Assembly: GCA_963778655.1 (NCBI GenBank)
Contig: CAVZVA010000012.1
Location: forward strand, 160,001-224,000
DNA: 64,000 nt
Source: an uncultured delta proteobacterium
GTDB lineage: Bacteria; Myxococcota_A; Polyangia; Polyangiales; JAFGIB01
Reading direction: 5' to 3'
Of this stretch, positions 9,826 to 22,622 are shown piece after piece. A model generated the notes under the pieces. It was not told the origin of the DNA, ran no database searches, and was given only the letters and a program-made list of their open reading frames with translations. A program made the position numbers and the translations under genes. The first letter of the stretch is position 1, and the number at the start of each line of letters is the position of its first letter.

Positions 9826-10290
9826 GTGTTCTTCCCTGTCACTTTCTTCGTCGGAAAACGGTTGTCCTCGAACTGCCAATGCGCTCCGGACGTCTCCCGT
9901 CGGGAGTGGATCCGGAGCCGGCTCAGCCGCTACAGCCTCTGCCGACAGCGCGACGTGCAGCGGAATCCTGGCGCACAAATGACAGAGGTGCGGTAGACCT
10001 GGCAAGGGCCGCGTGGCCGCAAGCCCTGAAAAAGCAGTCAAAATCGTGCACGGGAGGCCTCGGACCCCTTGTTTTCGAGGCTCTGCGCGATCGCCGGCAG
10101 ATCGCCCGCCGCAATTTCGCGCCGCTGGCGCAGACTGCGGCCGCGCCGTGCCCGGCCGTGCCCAGCCGCCGGCGGGGCGCTCGGCGCGTCGGGCCGGCCC
10201 GAGCCGCGGCACCGCCCGCATTCGCCGGCGCTCAACCCGAGCGCTTTCCCGGTGTAGTATCTCTGCCCTGCGATCACCCGGAGGCGCGTC

Positions 10291-12528
10291 ATCCCTTTCG
10301 GCAAGTACGAGCTGCTCGAGCGCATCAACATCGGCGGCATGGCGGAGATCCTCAAGGCCCGGGATACCAGCCGGCCCGGCCAGCCGATCGTGGCGGTCAA
10401 GCGCATCTTGCCGCACCTGACCGACGACAAGCAGTACGTGACGATGTTCCTGGACGAGTCGCGCGTGCTCGCGCAGCTCGAGCACGACAACATCATTCGC
10501 ACGCTCGAGGTCGGCCAGGTCGGCGAAACGCCGTTCATCGCGCTCGAGTACGTCTTCGGCCAGGACGCGCGCATGTTGTTTCACCGCTCGCGTCGCACCG
10601 AGCAGCGCATCCCGGTGCCGATCGCCTGCTACATCGTCGCCCAGGCATGCGAGGCCTTGCATCACGCCCACGAGCAAGTGGACGCCGACGGCAACCTGCT
10701 CGGCCTCGTGCATCGCGATGTCTCGCTGCAGAACATCCTGATCTCCTACGACGGTGCCGTGAAGCTCACCGATTTCGGGATCGCGATGAGCACCGAGAAC
10801 GTCGCGCGCACCGAGGTGGGCATCGTCAAGGGCAAGTTCGGCTACATGTCGCCGGAGCAGATCAAGGGCGAGCCGATGGACCGCCGCAGCGACGTCTTCG
10901 CCACCGGCATCTGCCTCTACGAGCTGCTCACGAGCGAGCGGCTGTTTTCCGGCGAGAGTGACTACGCGGCGGTCGAGAAGGTGCGCAACGTGGTGATCGA
11001 GCCGCCCAGCCGCTGGAACCGCGAGGTCCCCTCCGCGCTCGAAGCGATCGCCCTGAAAGCGCTGGCCAAGCACCCGCGCAGCCGCTTCCAGAGCGCCGCG
11101 GAACTACGGCGCGCGCTGCTCGCGTTCATGGCCGACAGCCACAACGAGTGCTCGGCCAAGGATCTGGCGCAGCACATGCGTAGCGTGTTCGCCGAGGATC
11201 TCGCGAAACACCCGACGCCCGAGGCGCTGCGAGTCGACACCAAGCGCCGCAACGACGAGCCGACCGGTCTGGCCGCTTTCGACCACCTGGACCCCGTCAG
11301 CACGGTGAGCGGTCCCAGCGCCGTGTTTCCCAATCCCGCGTCGCTCGGGTCGGGTGGCGCGCCGGGCTCGTCGCCCGACTCGCCCCGGGCCGACTCAGCT
11401 GCGGGCAGGCGCGCCGAGAGCGCGGTCTTTCCGCTGCCTGATCCCGCGCTGGTCCCGGGCGCGGTCGAGCCTGGGTCGTCGCCCACGGTCGGGCTCGAGT
11501 GGGACGACGACGAGCCGCCCACCGGAAGCGGGCGCGCCGGCGAGCCGGACGACCTGCCGTCGCCGTTCGAAGCGCCCGGCGACGACGACGTCACGCGCCA
11601 GCTCTACGTGGGTGAAACGTTTTCCGGCATCGCCGCCGCCGTCTCCGACGTGCGCCCCGCGGCATCGGTGTCGTCGTACCCCGCGCCTTCCGCGCTGGGC
11701 GCCCCCTCGCCATTCGACGCGGCCGTGTCCACGGTTCCGCCGGCCGCCCCCACGCCGGCCGCCGAGCTGCGTGGCATGCCGCAGTTGCCGCAGACCTCGT
11801 ACGCCACCGTGGTCGCGATCGTGGTGGGCATCGTCGCCGTCATCTCGGTCGCCCTGTACCTGACCCGCGGCGCGCGGCCCGCCGAGATCCACCTGGTCAC
11901 CATGCCCGTGGACGCCCGAGTGAGCGTCGACGGTAAACCGTTCTCCGGCAGCATGAGCCCTTTCGTGATCAATGAACTCGCGCCCGGTCCCCGCCATCTG
12001 ATCGAGGTCCACAAGGCCGGCTATCGGGGATGGTCGGCGCGGCTCGCGCTCGAGTCTGGCGAGGTGTTGCAGCTGCCGCTGGTCACGCTGGTACCGGATG
12101 CGCGGCCCACGCAGGCGCGCGCGGCCCAACCCGCCGCCCCGCCGCCGCCAGCGGCCACGCCGCCGCCGGCGGCCACGCCCCCGCCGGCGGCCACGCCGCC
12201 TGCGCCCGCGGAGCCCGCGCCGCCCGAGCGAGCCACGCCCGCGCCGCGCCGCGCCCGCCCGCCGGCAGCCGCGCGCGCGCCGAGCAGGGCCGCCGTGTCC
12301 GCTGCGAGCAAGGCAGCAGGAACCGGCGTGCTACGCATCAACTCACGGCCGTGGGCCGAGGTCACGATCGACGGCCGCCCCGCCGGGACCACACCGCAGA
12401 TGAACCTGGTGTTGTCGGCGGGCAGCCATACCGTCCACCTCGCGAACCCTCAGTTCGGGCTGCAGAAGACATTCAAGGTCCGCATCAGCGCCGGTGAGAC
12501 GCTGACCAAAGTAGTGACCATGCAGTAG
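10291..12528 (+). CDS. Membrane Ser/Thr protein kinase with C-terminal PEGA-like domains
   Basis: IPFGKYELLERINIGGMAEI, VAVKRI, HRDVSLQN, DFG and YMSPE; one TM helix, Pro-rich linker, PEGA-like repeats. Homology extends upstream of the first ATG (10339), so the start codon is non-canonical or uncertain. Confidence 0.88.
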   Translation: MPFGKYELLERINIGGMAEILKARDTSRPGQPIVAVKRILPHLTDDKQYVTMFLDESRVLAQLEHDNIIRTLEVGQVGETPFIALEYVFGQDARMLFHRSRRTEQRIPVPIACYIVAQACEALHHAHEQVDADGNLLGLVHRDVSLQNILISYDGAVKLTDFGIAMSTENVARTEVGIVKGKFGYMSPEQIKGEPMDRRSDVFATGICLYELLTSERLFSGESDYAAVEKVRNVVIEPPSRWNREVPSALEAIALKALAKHPRSRFQSAAELRRALLAFMADSHNECSAKDLAQHMRSVFAEDLAKHPTPEALRVDTKRRNDEPTGLAAFDHLDPVSTVSGPSAVFPNPASLGSGGAPGSSPDSPRADSAAGRRAESAVFPLPDPALVPGAVEPGSSPTVGLEWDDDEPPTGSGRAGEPDDLPSPFEAPGDDDVTRQLYVGETFSGIAAAVSDVRPAASVSSYPAPSALGAPSPFDAAVSTVPPAAPTPAAELRGMPQLPQTSYATVVAIVVGIVAVISVALYLTRGARPAEIHLVTMPVDARVSVDGKPFSGSMSPFVINELAPGPRHLIEVHKAGYRGWSARLALESGEVLQLPLVTLVPDARPTQARAAQPAAPPPPAATPPPAATPPPAATPPAPAEPAPPERATPAPRRARPPAAARAPSRAAVSAASKAAGTGVLRINSRPWAEVTIDGRPAGTTPQMNLVLSAGSHTVHLANPQFGLQKTFKVRISAGETLTKVVTMQ

Positions 12529-12648
12529 CGGCCTTCGGGGTCAGCACAAGCCGCGAAGGCGGGAAGCGCTCGCCGCGGGGCTGCGAAGGTCGGCCGTTCG
12601 AGGCCGTTTCCGGCTTGCGCGCCGCGCGGCGGCGCTGCTTCCCGGTCA

Positions 12649-12688
12649 CAAAAGACAGAAGGCCGGCCCCTCGTGAGGACCGGCCTTC
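12649..12688 (-). terminator. Probable terminator of glnA
   Basis: GAAGGCCGG…CCGGCCTTC stem followed on the minus strand by TGTCTTTTG. Confidence 0.6.
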
Positions 12689-12711
12689 CGGCGCAAGCGC
12701 AGCGCCCGCGA

Positions 12712-14127
<1,416 letters not shown>

Positions 14128-14171
14128 GCTGTTTGCTCTCCCTTGATTGGCCTGGCTGCGGCGCGGCCCGC

Positions 14172-16141
<1,970 letters not shown>

Positions 16142-16162
16142 TCGCGAGCGCCTGACACACGA

Positions 16163-16198
16163 ACGAAAGCCCGGCCGCGCGAGCAGCCGGGCTTTCGT
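16163..16198. terminator. Bidirectional terminator between the porin gene and glnE
   Basis: ACGAAAGCCCGGC…GCCGGGCTTTCGT stem between convergent genes. Confidence 0.7.
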
Positions 16199-16201
16199 GC
16201 A

Positions 16202-19162
16202 TTAAGACTCGCCGGCCGCTGGCTGATCGCTGGCCGCCCGCAGCGCGTCGTAAGCGGCCCGGATCGCCCGGGTGTGGTGGCGGTAGTCGCGCAGCAACGC
16301 GCGCCGCGCCGAGCCTGGTGGACCCTGTGAGGGATAGCCCAGCGTGCGTGCCAGCGCTTCGATGTCGCCGCGCTCCTCGTCCAGATCGGAGACCGAGCGG
16401 TTCTCCACCACGCGCAGGCGGTTGGCGAGCCGCTGCAGCATCTCCCAACCTCGGCGCAGCGTCTCGGCCTGGGCGGCGGGCAGCAAACCCAGGCGCGCCA
16501 GGCGCTGGAGCAGCTCCTCGATCGGGGCCACCTCGAGCAACTCCGCGTGCTGCGTGCCGTGGCGCAGCTGCAGGTACTGCACAATCGTCTCCACGTCGAG
16601 CAGGCCGCCCGGCCCGCGCTTGAAGTCGTGGCGGCGCTCTCCCTCCTTGGCGAGCTCCTTCTCCATGCGGTCGCGCACGTGGGTGATCTCGGCCAGGGCG
16701 TCCTGAGGCAGCGGCTGCAACAACACCTCGGAGCGCAGGCGCTCGAAGCGTGCGCGCAGCTCGAGGTCGCCGGCCACCGCCCGTGCTCGCAGCAACGCTA
16801 CGCGCTCCCACACCGCGGCCTCCCGCCCGTGGTAGCGCGCGAATCCCTCGATCGAGGCGACCAGCGCGCCCTGGTTGCCCGAGGGCCGCAGGCGCGGGTC
16901 GACCTCGTAGCACGCGCCTTCTTCGGTGCTGGTCTGGAGCATGGAGATCAGGCGCTGGCTCAGGCGCGTGCAGTACTCCTGCGCGTCGTTGGGGTCGGCA
17001 TCGGGCGAGCCCGGATCGAACACGAAGATCAGATCCAGATCGCTGCCGTACGACAGCTCGCGGCTCGCGAGCTTGCCCATGCCGACCACGATGAAGCGCG
17101 TGCCCGCCGCCGCGGCCGCGAGCTTGGGCCGGCGTTCCTGCAGCCACTCTCGGCTTTGCGCCAGCGCGCGGCACAGGCACACCTCCGCGATCTCCGTCAG
17201 CGCGAGCGCGAGCTCTGTGCGCGACACCTTACCGCCCAGATCGAGCAGACCGGCATTGATGATCTGCCGGTGGTAGAAGCGCCGCAGCGCGTCCAGCGCC
17301 GCCTCACTGCGCTCGTCCCTGCGCTGCAGGCATTCGGCCAGGATCTGCTCGAAGTCGCGCTCGAGGCCGTCGCGATCGAGCAGCAGCACGTTGGGGTCGT
17401 GGAACACCGGCTCGATCAGCACCGGGTGGCTGGCGAGCATCGCCGACAGGTAGCTCGAGGCGGCGAACAGCGCGGTCAGCCGGGGCACCAGCTCTGGTCG
17501 GTCCGACAGTAGCTCGAAGTAGAAGCGCCGCCGGCCCAGTCCGCGCACGAAGTGGTCGAGGTTGTTGAACGCGCGCTCGGGGTCCGCGCTCGCCGCGACC
17601 GCGCGCGTGAAGCGCTCGGCCAGGTCCTCCAGCGCTACGCGCGAGCTCTCGGCCGCGAGCAGCTCGGGCGCGTGCCCGCTGAGCAACGCGAACACGCGGT
17701 CGGTGTCGCGCTCGGGAAAGGCCTCCGCCACGGCCCGGCTCACGGTCTCGCAGTGGCGCCGCAGGGTGTGCTCCAGCTGCGCCGTCGCATCCGGCCCGAG
17801 GTAGCCCAGCGCCCGCGCCATACGCGTGCGTTCCCGCTCGTCCTCGGGCAGGGTGTGGGTCTGGCCCTCGGCGCTCATCTGCAGGCGGTGCTCGAGCCTG
17901 CGCAGGAACAGGTAGGCGTCGAGCAAACCCGCACTCTGCTCGGCGGACAACAACTGCACGTCGCGCAGGCGCTCCAGTGCATCGCGCGTTCCGCGGGCGC
18001 GGATCTGCTCGATGCGCCCGCCGTGCAGCAGCTGCAGCGCCTGCGCCACGAATTCGAAATCGCGGATTCCACCGGCGCCGAGCTTCACGTTGAAGCCCGG
18101 CTGACGCCCGCCGTGCGCGGCCGCGATCTTGGCTTTGAGCTCGCGAATGCCCTCGACCGCCGCGAGGTCCATCACCGAGCGGTAGATCATCGGGTCGACC
18201 GCGCGCACCGCGCGCCAGCCGAAGCCGAGGTCGCCGGCCACCGGGCGCGCCTTCATGAAGGTGGCCTTCTCCCAGGCATCGGCCCAGCTCTCGTAGTAGA
18301 CCGCCAGCGCCTCGTCGGAAACCACCAGCGTGCCCTGGCCGCCCTGCGGCCGGAGGTCGAGGTCGATGCGGTACAGAAAGCCCTCGTCGCTGACGTCGCC
18401 CACCAGCTTGCCGAACTGCTGTGCCAGCCGGGTGAAGTACTCGGCCGCAGGTAGCGCGGCGTGGCTCGGGCCCTTGGGGCTCTCGGCCAGCTCGTGTGCG
18501 GGAGCCTCGAAGACGTACACCAGGTCCACGTCCGACGAGTAGTTGAGCTCCTCCGCACCCAGCTTGCCCAGGCCCAGCACTGTGAAGGCGAGCTCGACGT
18601 CGGCACCGGTCACGTCGCGCCAGCGCGGCGGGCCAAAGCGCGCAGCAAGCCGCGTGCGCGCCACCTGCAGCGCCCGCTGCAGCAGCAGGTCGGCGAGCTG
18701 CGAGAGCTCTTGGAGCGTGACGTCACTTCGCGCGAGCGGCACCAAGCGCTCGCTGCAGTCGCGCACGGTGATGCGCGCGAGCTCGCGGTACTTGAAACGG
18801 CGCAGCGTCTGGAAAGCGTCGCTGGGCTCGGCCGCCAGCTCGGCGTCGAGCTCCGCCCGCTGCGCCTCGGGGCTGCGCGGCGCGTCGAGCGGGTCGCGCA
18901 GCAGCGCGAGCAGCCAACCGGGCCTTCGCACCAGGTAGGATGCCAAGAAGGGTGCCACGCCGCACAAGGCCAAGAGCACCTCTCCGAGCCGCTCCGGCGC
19001 GGCCGCGGCCAGCGTTTCCAGCTCAGCGCGCGGCGCAGCCGCGAGCACCTCCTGCGCCAGCGCGCGTGCCTGCGCGGGGTCGGGTGCGCGTGCCAGCGCC
19101 TGGCGCACCGGCGCCAGCCACGCGGGCGCGCGCGCGCTCGGCTCCAGCTCGAAATCGCTCAT
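16202..19162 (-). CDS. glnE: Bifunctional glutamine synthetase adenylyltransferase/adenylyl-removing enzyme
   Basis: Two nucleotidyltransferase motifs LGKLGAEELNYSSDVDL and MGKLASRELSYGSDLDL, plus LRPQG/LRPSG; start at MSDFEL. Confidence 0.93.
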   Translation of the reverse strand: MSDFELEPSARAPAWLAPVRQALARAPDPAQARALAQEVLAAAPRAELETLAAAAPERLGEVLLALCGVAPFLASYLVRRPGWLLALLRDPLDAPRSPEAQRAELDAELAAEPSDAFQTLRRFKYRELARITVRDCSERLVPLARSDVTLQELSQLADLLLQRALQVARTRLAARFGPPRWRDVTGADVELAFTVLGLGKLGAEELNYSSDVDLVYVFEAPAHELAESPKGPSHAALPAAEYFTRLAQQFGKLVGDVSDEGFLYRIDLDLRPQGGQGTLVVSDEALAVYYESWADAWEKATFMKARPVAGDLGFGWRAVRAVDPMIYRSVMDLAAVEGIRELKAKIAAAHGGRQPGFNVKLGAGGIRDFEFVAQALQLLHGGRIEQIRARGTRDALERLRDVQLLSAEQSAGLLDAYLFLRRLEHRLQMSAEGQTHTLPEDERERTRMARALGYLGPDATAQLEHTLRRHCETVSRAVAEAFPERDTDRVFALLSGHAPELLAAESSRVALEDLAERFTRAVAASADPERAFNNLDHFVRGLGRRRFYFELLSDRPELVPRLTALFAASSYLSAMLASHPVLIEPVFHDPNVLLLDRDGLERDFEQILAECLQRRDERSEAALDALRRFYHRQIINAGLLDLGGKVSRTELALALTEIAEVCLCRALAQSREWLQERRPKLAAAAAGTRFIVVGMGKLASRELSYGSDLDLIFVFDPGSPDADPNDAQEYCTRLSQRLISMLQTSTEEGACYEVDPRLRPSGNQGALVASIEGFARYHGREAAVWERVALLRARAVAGDLELRARFERLRSEVLLQPLPQDALAEITHVRDRMEKELAKEGERRHDFKRGPGGLLDVETIVQYLQLRHGTQHAELLEVAPIEELLQRLARLGLLPAAQAETLRRGWEMLQRLANRLRVVENRSVSDLDEERGDIEALARTLGYPSQGPPGSARRALLRDYRHHTRAIRAAYDALRAASDQPAAGES

Positions 19163-21330
19163 GCCAGCGGAAACGGCTTCTTGCCGCTGAGATCCGGCTC
19201 GTCCAGGCTGGGCTCGCCGCCCGCGTCCACCGCAGCCAGCGTGAACGAGGCCTTGCCGCGGACCATTGCGCCGTCCCCGCCGCGGTCGACCAGCGGCCGC
19301 TCGATCGTGACCAGTGTGATCTGCGCGTTGCTGCCGTCGAAGGCCGCGATCCCGTAGCCGTTGGCGGCCGTGTCCACGAAGCGCAGGTGCGGGTTGACCT
19401 TGTCGTTGCGCGCGGCCTCGGCCATCGCAATATCGTTGGTCATGCTGGCGGTGGTGGCTGCGACGCTGCCGTAGCGGATCAGCGTGTTGAGGTTGACCAC
19501 CGCCGTGTCGCTGCCCCCCAGCGGCGTCGCGTCGTAGGTGATCAGCGCCAGGATCGGCGCGACCGCAGCCTCGAGGCCGGGCGTGGCCTTGGCTGAGATC
19601 GCGCTGGCCACGGCCGCGAACTGCGAGCTCGAGCTGATGCCCGCGGCGCAGAAATCCGCCGTGACCGGCGTCGGCGAGTCGGCGTCGAAATCGTCCAGCA
19701 CCAGGCCCGCAAAGTGGGCGTGGTGATCGCCGGAGAGCGAGACCAGGTTGCGCACTCCGTTGTCCTTGAGGAACCCCATCAGCTCGCGGCGCTCGCTGGC
19801 GAAGCCGTCCCAGGCGTCGTCGGAGAGCAGCAGATCGCCGCTGAACAGAGCGACATCCGTCGTGTCGAGGCGGAAGCGCAACAGCGGCACCGAGTTGCCC
19901 CACACCTTGAAGGTCGCGGTCGAGGCCTGCAGCACGTCCTTCCACCACTGCTTCTGCTTGGCACCGAGCATGCTGCCGGGTGGGCTGTCCTTGCGCGTGT
20001 TGTCGAAGCCGCCCGCCTTGTCCGGCGGGTTGCCGCCGTTCGCCGTCTTGCCGGCATCGAAGGTGTTGATGGCGTCCAGCGAGAGCCCCGCACGCGGATT
20101 GAAGACCAGCAGGTTGCCGAAGCTGACGTCTTCCGGGATAGCGTGATCGCTACGGTAGGCGCGGTTGTCGGTGAGCACCAGGTCGACGTGCTTGCCGAAG
20201 CGCAGGTTGCGGTAGATGGTGATGGCGGAGATCGCCTTCTGGTTGTTGGGCTCGGTCACCTCGACCGGGTCGCTGTAGCTGGCGTCCTCGACCTCGACCG
20301 GCGTGAAGTCTTTGGCCGCAGGAGCCACGCCGTCGACGCTCTCGGCGTCGCTCAGCGCCGCCGGTACGAATTCGAACCAAGCCTGGCTCGCGGCTACGCG
20401 GCGCTTTTGTGACGGCTCGTCGAAGCTCTTGTCGTCGGTGTAGTTGGCCTGCGTCTGCCAGCAGTCGTCGCTGAACTCGTGGTCGTCCCATACGCTCACG
20501 AACGGCCAGCGCGCGCGCGCTTCCTGCAAGTCCGGGTCGCCCAGGTACGACTTGTACAGGTGGCGGTAGTCGTCGACCGTCTGCGCGTAGGTGGCGCCCG
20601 AGTCGAGCATGCCGCCGCCGGAAGGGAAGTCGGGGATCTTGCGGTCTTTTCCGTCCTGATCCTTCAGCATCACCGGCTTCAGGTCGTCGCCGAGCGCCAT
20701 CTGGAAGCCCGCGCCCTGCGTCTCGTAGATGAAGTCGCCCAGGAAGAGCACGAAGCGCAGTCGCTCGTCCTCGGCGGAAGCCTCGTCGTCGTTGATCATG
20801 CGGCGCCAAGCGCCGTAGAAGCCGGCGCTGTAGTCCTGGCACGACGCCCAGGCGAAACGCACCGGCACGTCCGCATCCTGCTCCGGAGCGGTCCAGGTGC
20901 GTCCGGTGCGGCTCTGGTCGGCGCCGGCGACGAAGCGGTAGTAGTAGATGGTATCGGGGTCCAGGCCTTCGACCAGCACGCGCGCGGTGTAGTCCGAGTC
21001 CGGGCCCACCGTCACGGTCTCTTGCGCGACCAGCTTCTTGAAGGAGTCGTCTCCGGCGACCTCCAGGTGCATCGTGATTCCGCTCTTGCTCTGCGTCTTC
21101 TTGCCCAGCGCCTCGACTCGGGTCCACAGCATCACCGAGGCCGCCCGCGGATCGCCCGAAGCGACGCCCTGCGGGAAGCCGTAGGCCCCCGCGATCGCGG
21201 GCCCGCCGTCGCCGCTTCCGCCGTCCCCCGCGCCGCCGTTGTTTCCGCTGCTGCAGCCGGAAAGCACCTTGCCCACGCCGGCGGTGACGATGAAACAGCC
21301 GGCGTTCTTGAGGAAATCTCGTCTTCGCAT
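19159..21330 (-). CDS. phoD: PhoD-family alkaline phosphatase, Tat-exported lipoprotein
   Basis: MRRRDFLK Tat motif with LSGC lipobox; FPQGVASGDP, LGDFIYE, WDDHE, DAWDGF and LSGDHH. Confidence 0.9.
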   Translation of the reverse strand: MRRRDFLKNAGCFIVTAGVGKVLSGCSSGNNGGAGDGGSGDGGPAIAGAYGFPQGVASGDPRAASVMLWTRVEALGKKTQSKSGITMHLEVAGDDSFKKLVAQETVTVGPDSDYTARVLVEGLDPDTIYYYRFVAGADQSRTGRTWTAPEQDADVPVRFAWASCQDYSAGFYGAWRRMINDDEASAEDERLRFVLFLGDFIYETQGAGFQMALGDDLKPVMLKDQDGKDRKIPDFPSGGGMLDSGATYAQTVDDYRHLYKSYLGDPDLQEARARWPFVSVWDDHEFSDDCWQTQANYTDDKSFDEPSQKRRVAASQAWFEFVPAALSDAESVDGVAPAAKDFTPVEVEDASYSDPVEVTEPNNQKAISAITIYRNLRFGKHVDLVLTDNRAYRSDHAIPEDVSFGNLLVFNPRAGLSLDAINTFDAGKTANGGNPPDKAGGFDNTRKDSPPGSMLGAKQKQWWKDVLQASTATFKVWGNSVPLLRFRLDTTDVALFSGDLLLSDDAWDGFASERRELMGFLKDNGVRNLVSLSGDHHAHFAGLVLDDFDADSPTPVTADFCAAGISSSSQFAAVASAISAKATPGLEAAVAPILALITYDATPLGGSDTAVVNLNTLIRYGSVAATTASMTNDIAMAEAARNDKVNPHLRFVDTAANGYGIAAFDGSNAQITLVTIERPLVDRGGDGAMVRGKASFTLAAVDAGGEPSLDEPDLSGKKPFPLA

Positions 21331-21417
21331 GCCGCCCTCGCTTGGCCGCATGATGCCAGGCGGGCGCCGGGCCGAGAAGGGGTCGGTTGCGAGGCCGGCC
21401 GGCAAAGGTTGCGCGCG

Positions 21418-21816
21418 CTACTTGCTTTCGGCCTCCGCGCCTTCCACGCCCTCGGCTGCCTCGGCTTCTTCGATTTCGCGGCGGACGAGCGCCATGTCGA
21501 GCCCGCGGACCTCCTGCACCAGGCGGTCCAGCACCGCTCCCGCCAGCATGCCCGGCTGCGAAAACACGGGGATGCCGTCGCGGAAAATCATCAGCGTGGG
21601 GATCGAGCGGATGCCGAACATCCCGGCCAGCTCCTGCTCCGCGTCCACATCGATCTTGCCCCACACGATCTCCGGGAAGCGCTGTGCGGCCTGTTCGTAC
21701 ACGGGCGCGAAGGCCCGGCACGGCCCGCACCACGCGGCCCAGAAATCGATGAAGACGATGCCCTCCTTGTCTATCTCGGAGGCGAAATTGCCGGCGTTGA
21801 GCTCGGTCGTGTCCAT
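21418..21816 (-). CDS. trxA: Thioredoxin
   Basis: DFWAAWCGPC active site and IRSIPTL; GGAGGA RBS. Confidence 0.88.
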   Translation of the reverse strand: MDTTELNAGNFASEIDKEGIVFIDFWAAWCGPCRAFAPVYEQAAQRFPEIVWGKIDVDAEQELAGMFGIRSIPTLMIFRDGIPVFSQPGMLAGAVLDRLVQEVRGLDMALVRREIEEAEAAEGVEGAEAESK

Positions 21817-21945
21817 GGTTCCTCCTGCCTGCGGTCTTCCTCGGGTGAGAGCCGGCGGCGGGGTAAAAGGGTTCGGCGGTCTGGCACCTCCGGCCCGCTC
21901 GACCACCTTGCCGAAGCGCCCCGCCAGCGGTGTATCCTCGCCGTC

Positions 21946-22488
21946 ATGGAATCCGAGCGGGCCTACTTTCGGCTGTGCAGCAGCTGCCGGCAGCCGCTGT
22001 CCTTCGAGAGCACCTACTACACCTGCAGCGTTTCCACCTGCAACCGCAAGCGCACCGGCCTGAGCTTCTGCTCGGTCGCGTGTTTCGAAGCCCACGTGCC
22101 CGGCGCGCGCCACCGCGAGGCCTGGGCCGAGCCGCAGCAGGCGCCGAGCCGCGAGCAGTGGTTGCAGGAGCAGGCGAGCGAGCAGGAACAGGCGGGGAAA
22201 TCAGCGCCACAGGCCGCCGCGCGGCCGCCCGAGCCTTCGCGTCCCGAGCGACGCATCGTCGGGGGCGGCGCCGGCGCGGGTGGGGCGACCGCACCCGCGG
22301 CCGAGCTGCCGCACGACATTTTGATCGTGGTCTCCAAGCTCAAGGCCTACGTGCGCGCCCGTTCCGGCATGAACACGGCGGATGCGGTCGCCGACACCCT
22401 CAGCGACATCGTGCGAGAGCTGTGCGATGCCGCGATCCAGAAGGCCGCCGCCGATGGCCGCAGGACGGTGATGCCGCGCGATCTGTGA
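21946..22488 (+). CDS. Bacterial histone: N-terminal Cys/His zinc finger, low-complexity linker, C-terminal histone fold
   Basis: CSSC…YYTCSVSTC…FCSVACFEAH…H, then ILIVVSKLKAYVRARSGMNTADAVADTLSDIVRELCDAAIQKAAADGRRTVMPRDL, ending in the histone RxTxxxxD motif and resembling Bdellovibrio Bd0055. Confidence 0.85.
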   Translation: MESERAYFRLCSSCRQPLSFESTYYTCSVSTCNRKRTGLSFCSVACFEAHVPGARHREAWAEPQQAPSREQWLQEQASEQEQAGKSAPQAAARPPEPSRPERRIVGGGAGAGGATAPAAELPHDILIVVSKLKAYVRARSGMNTADAVADTLSDIVRELCDAAIQKAAADGRRTVMPRDL

Positions 22489-22622
22489 ACGCCCGCGCGT
22501 GAGCCGCGCGCACGCTTCTGCACACGGGCGAAAAAAGCATGCGTGCGGGCACGCGGCGCTTGACGGCAGTGGCGCGACGGGGGCACTAAGAGCCCAGGGT
22601 TCTTTTGGGGTTCTCGGCTTCC

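Noticed and set aside
9826..11073. 522-aa ORF ending in an HU domain
   Set aside because: The upstream part is largely antisense to the kinase gene; only the last 106 aa (from ATG 9825) are HU-like.
12151..12205. Tandem GCGGCCACGCCGCCGCCG-type repeats
   Set aside because: They simply encode the (AATPPP)3 linker of the kinase.
19163..19948. N-terminal extension making GlnE 1248 aa
   Set aside because: It overlaps phoD in another frame and reads as Arg/Gly-rich shadow sequence; the ATGA overlap at 19159-19162 marks the real start.
20479..21945. N-terminal 489 aa of the 669-aa plus-strand ORF
   Set aside because: Antisense shadow of phoD and trxA; the real gene is the Zn-finger histone starting at 21946.
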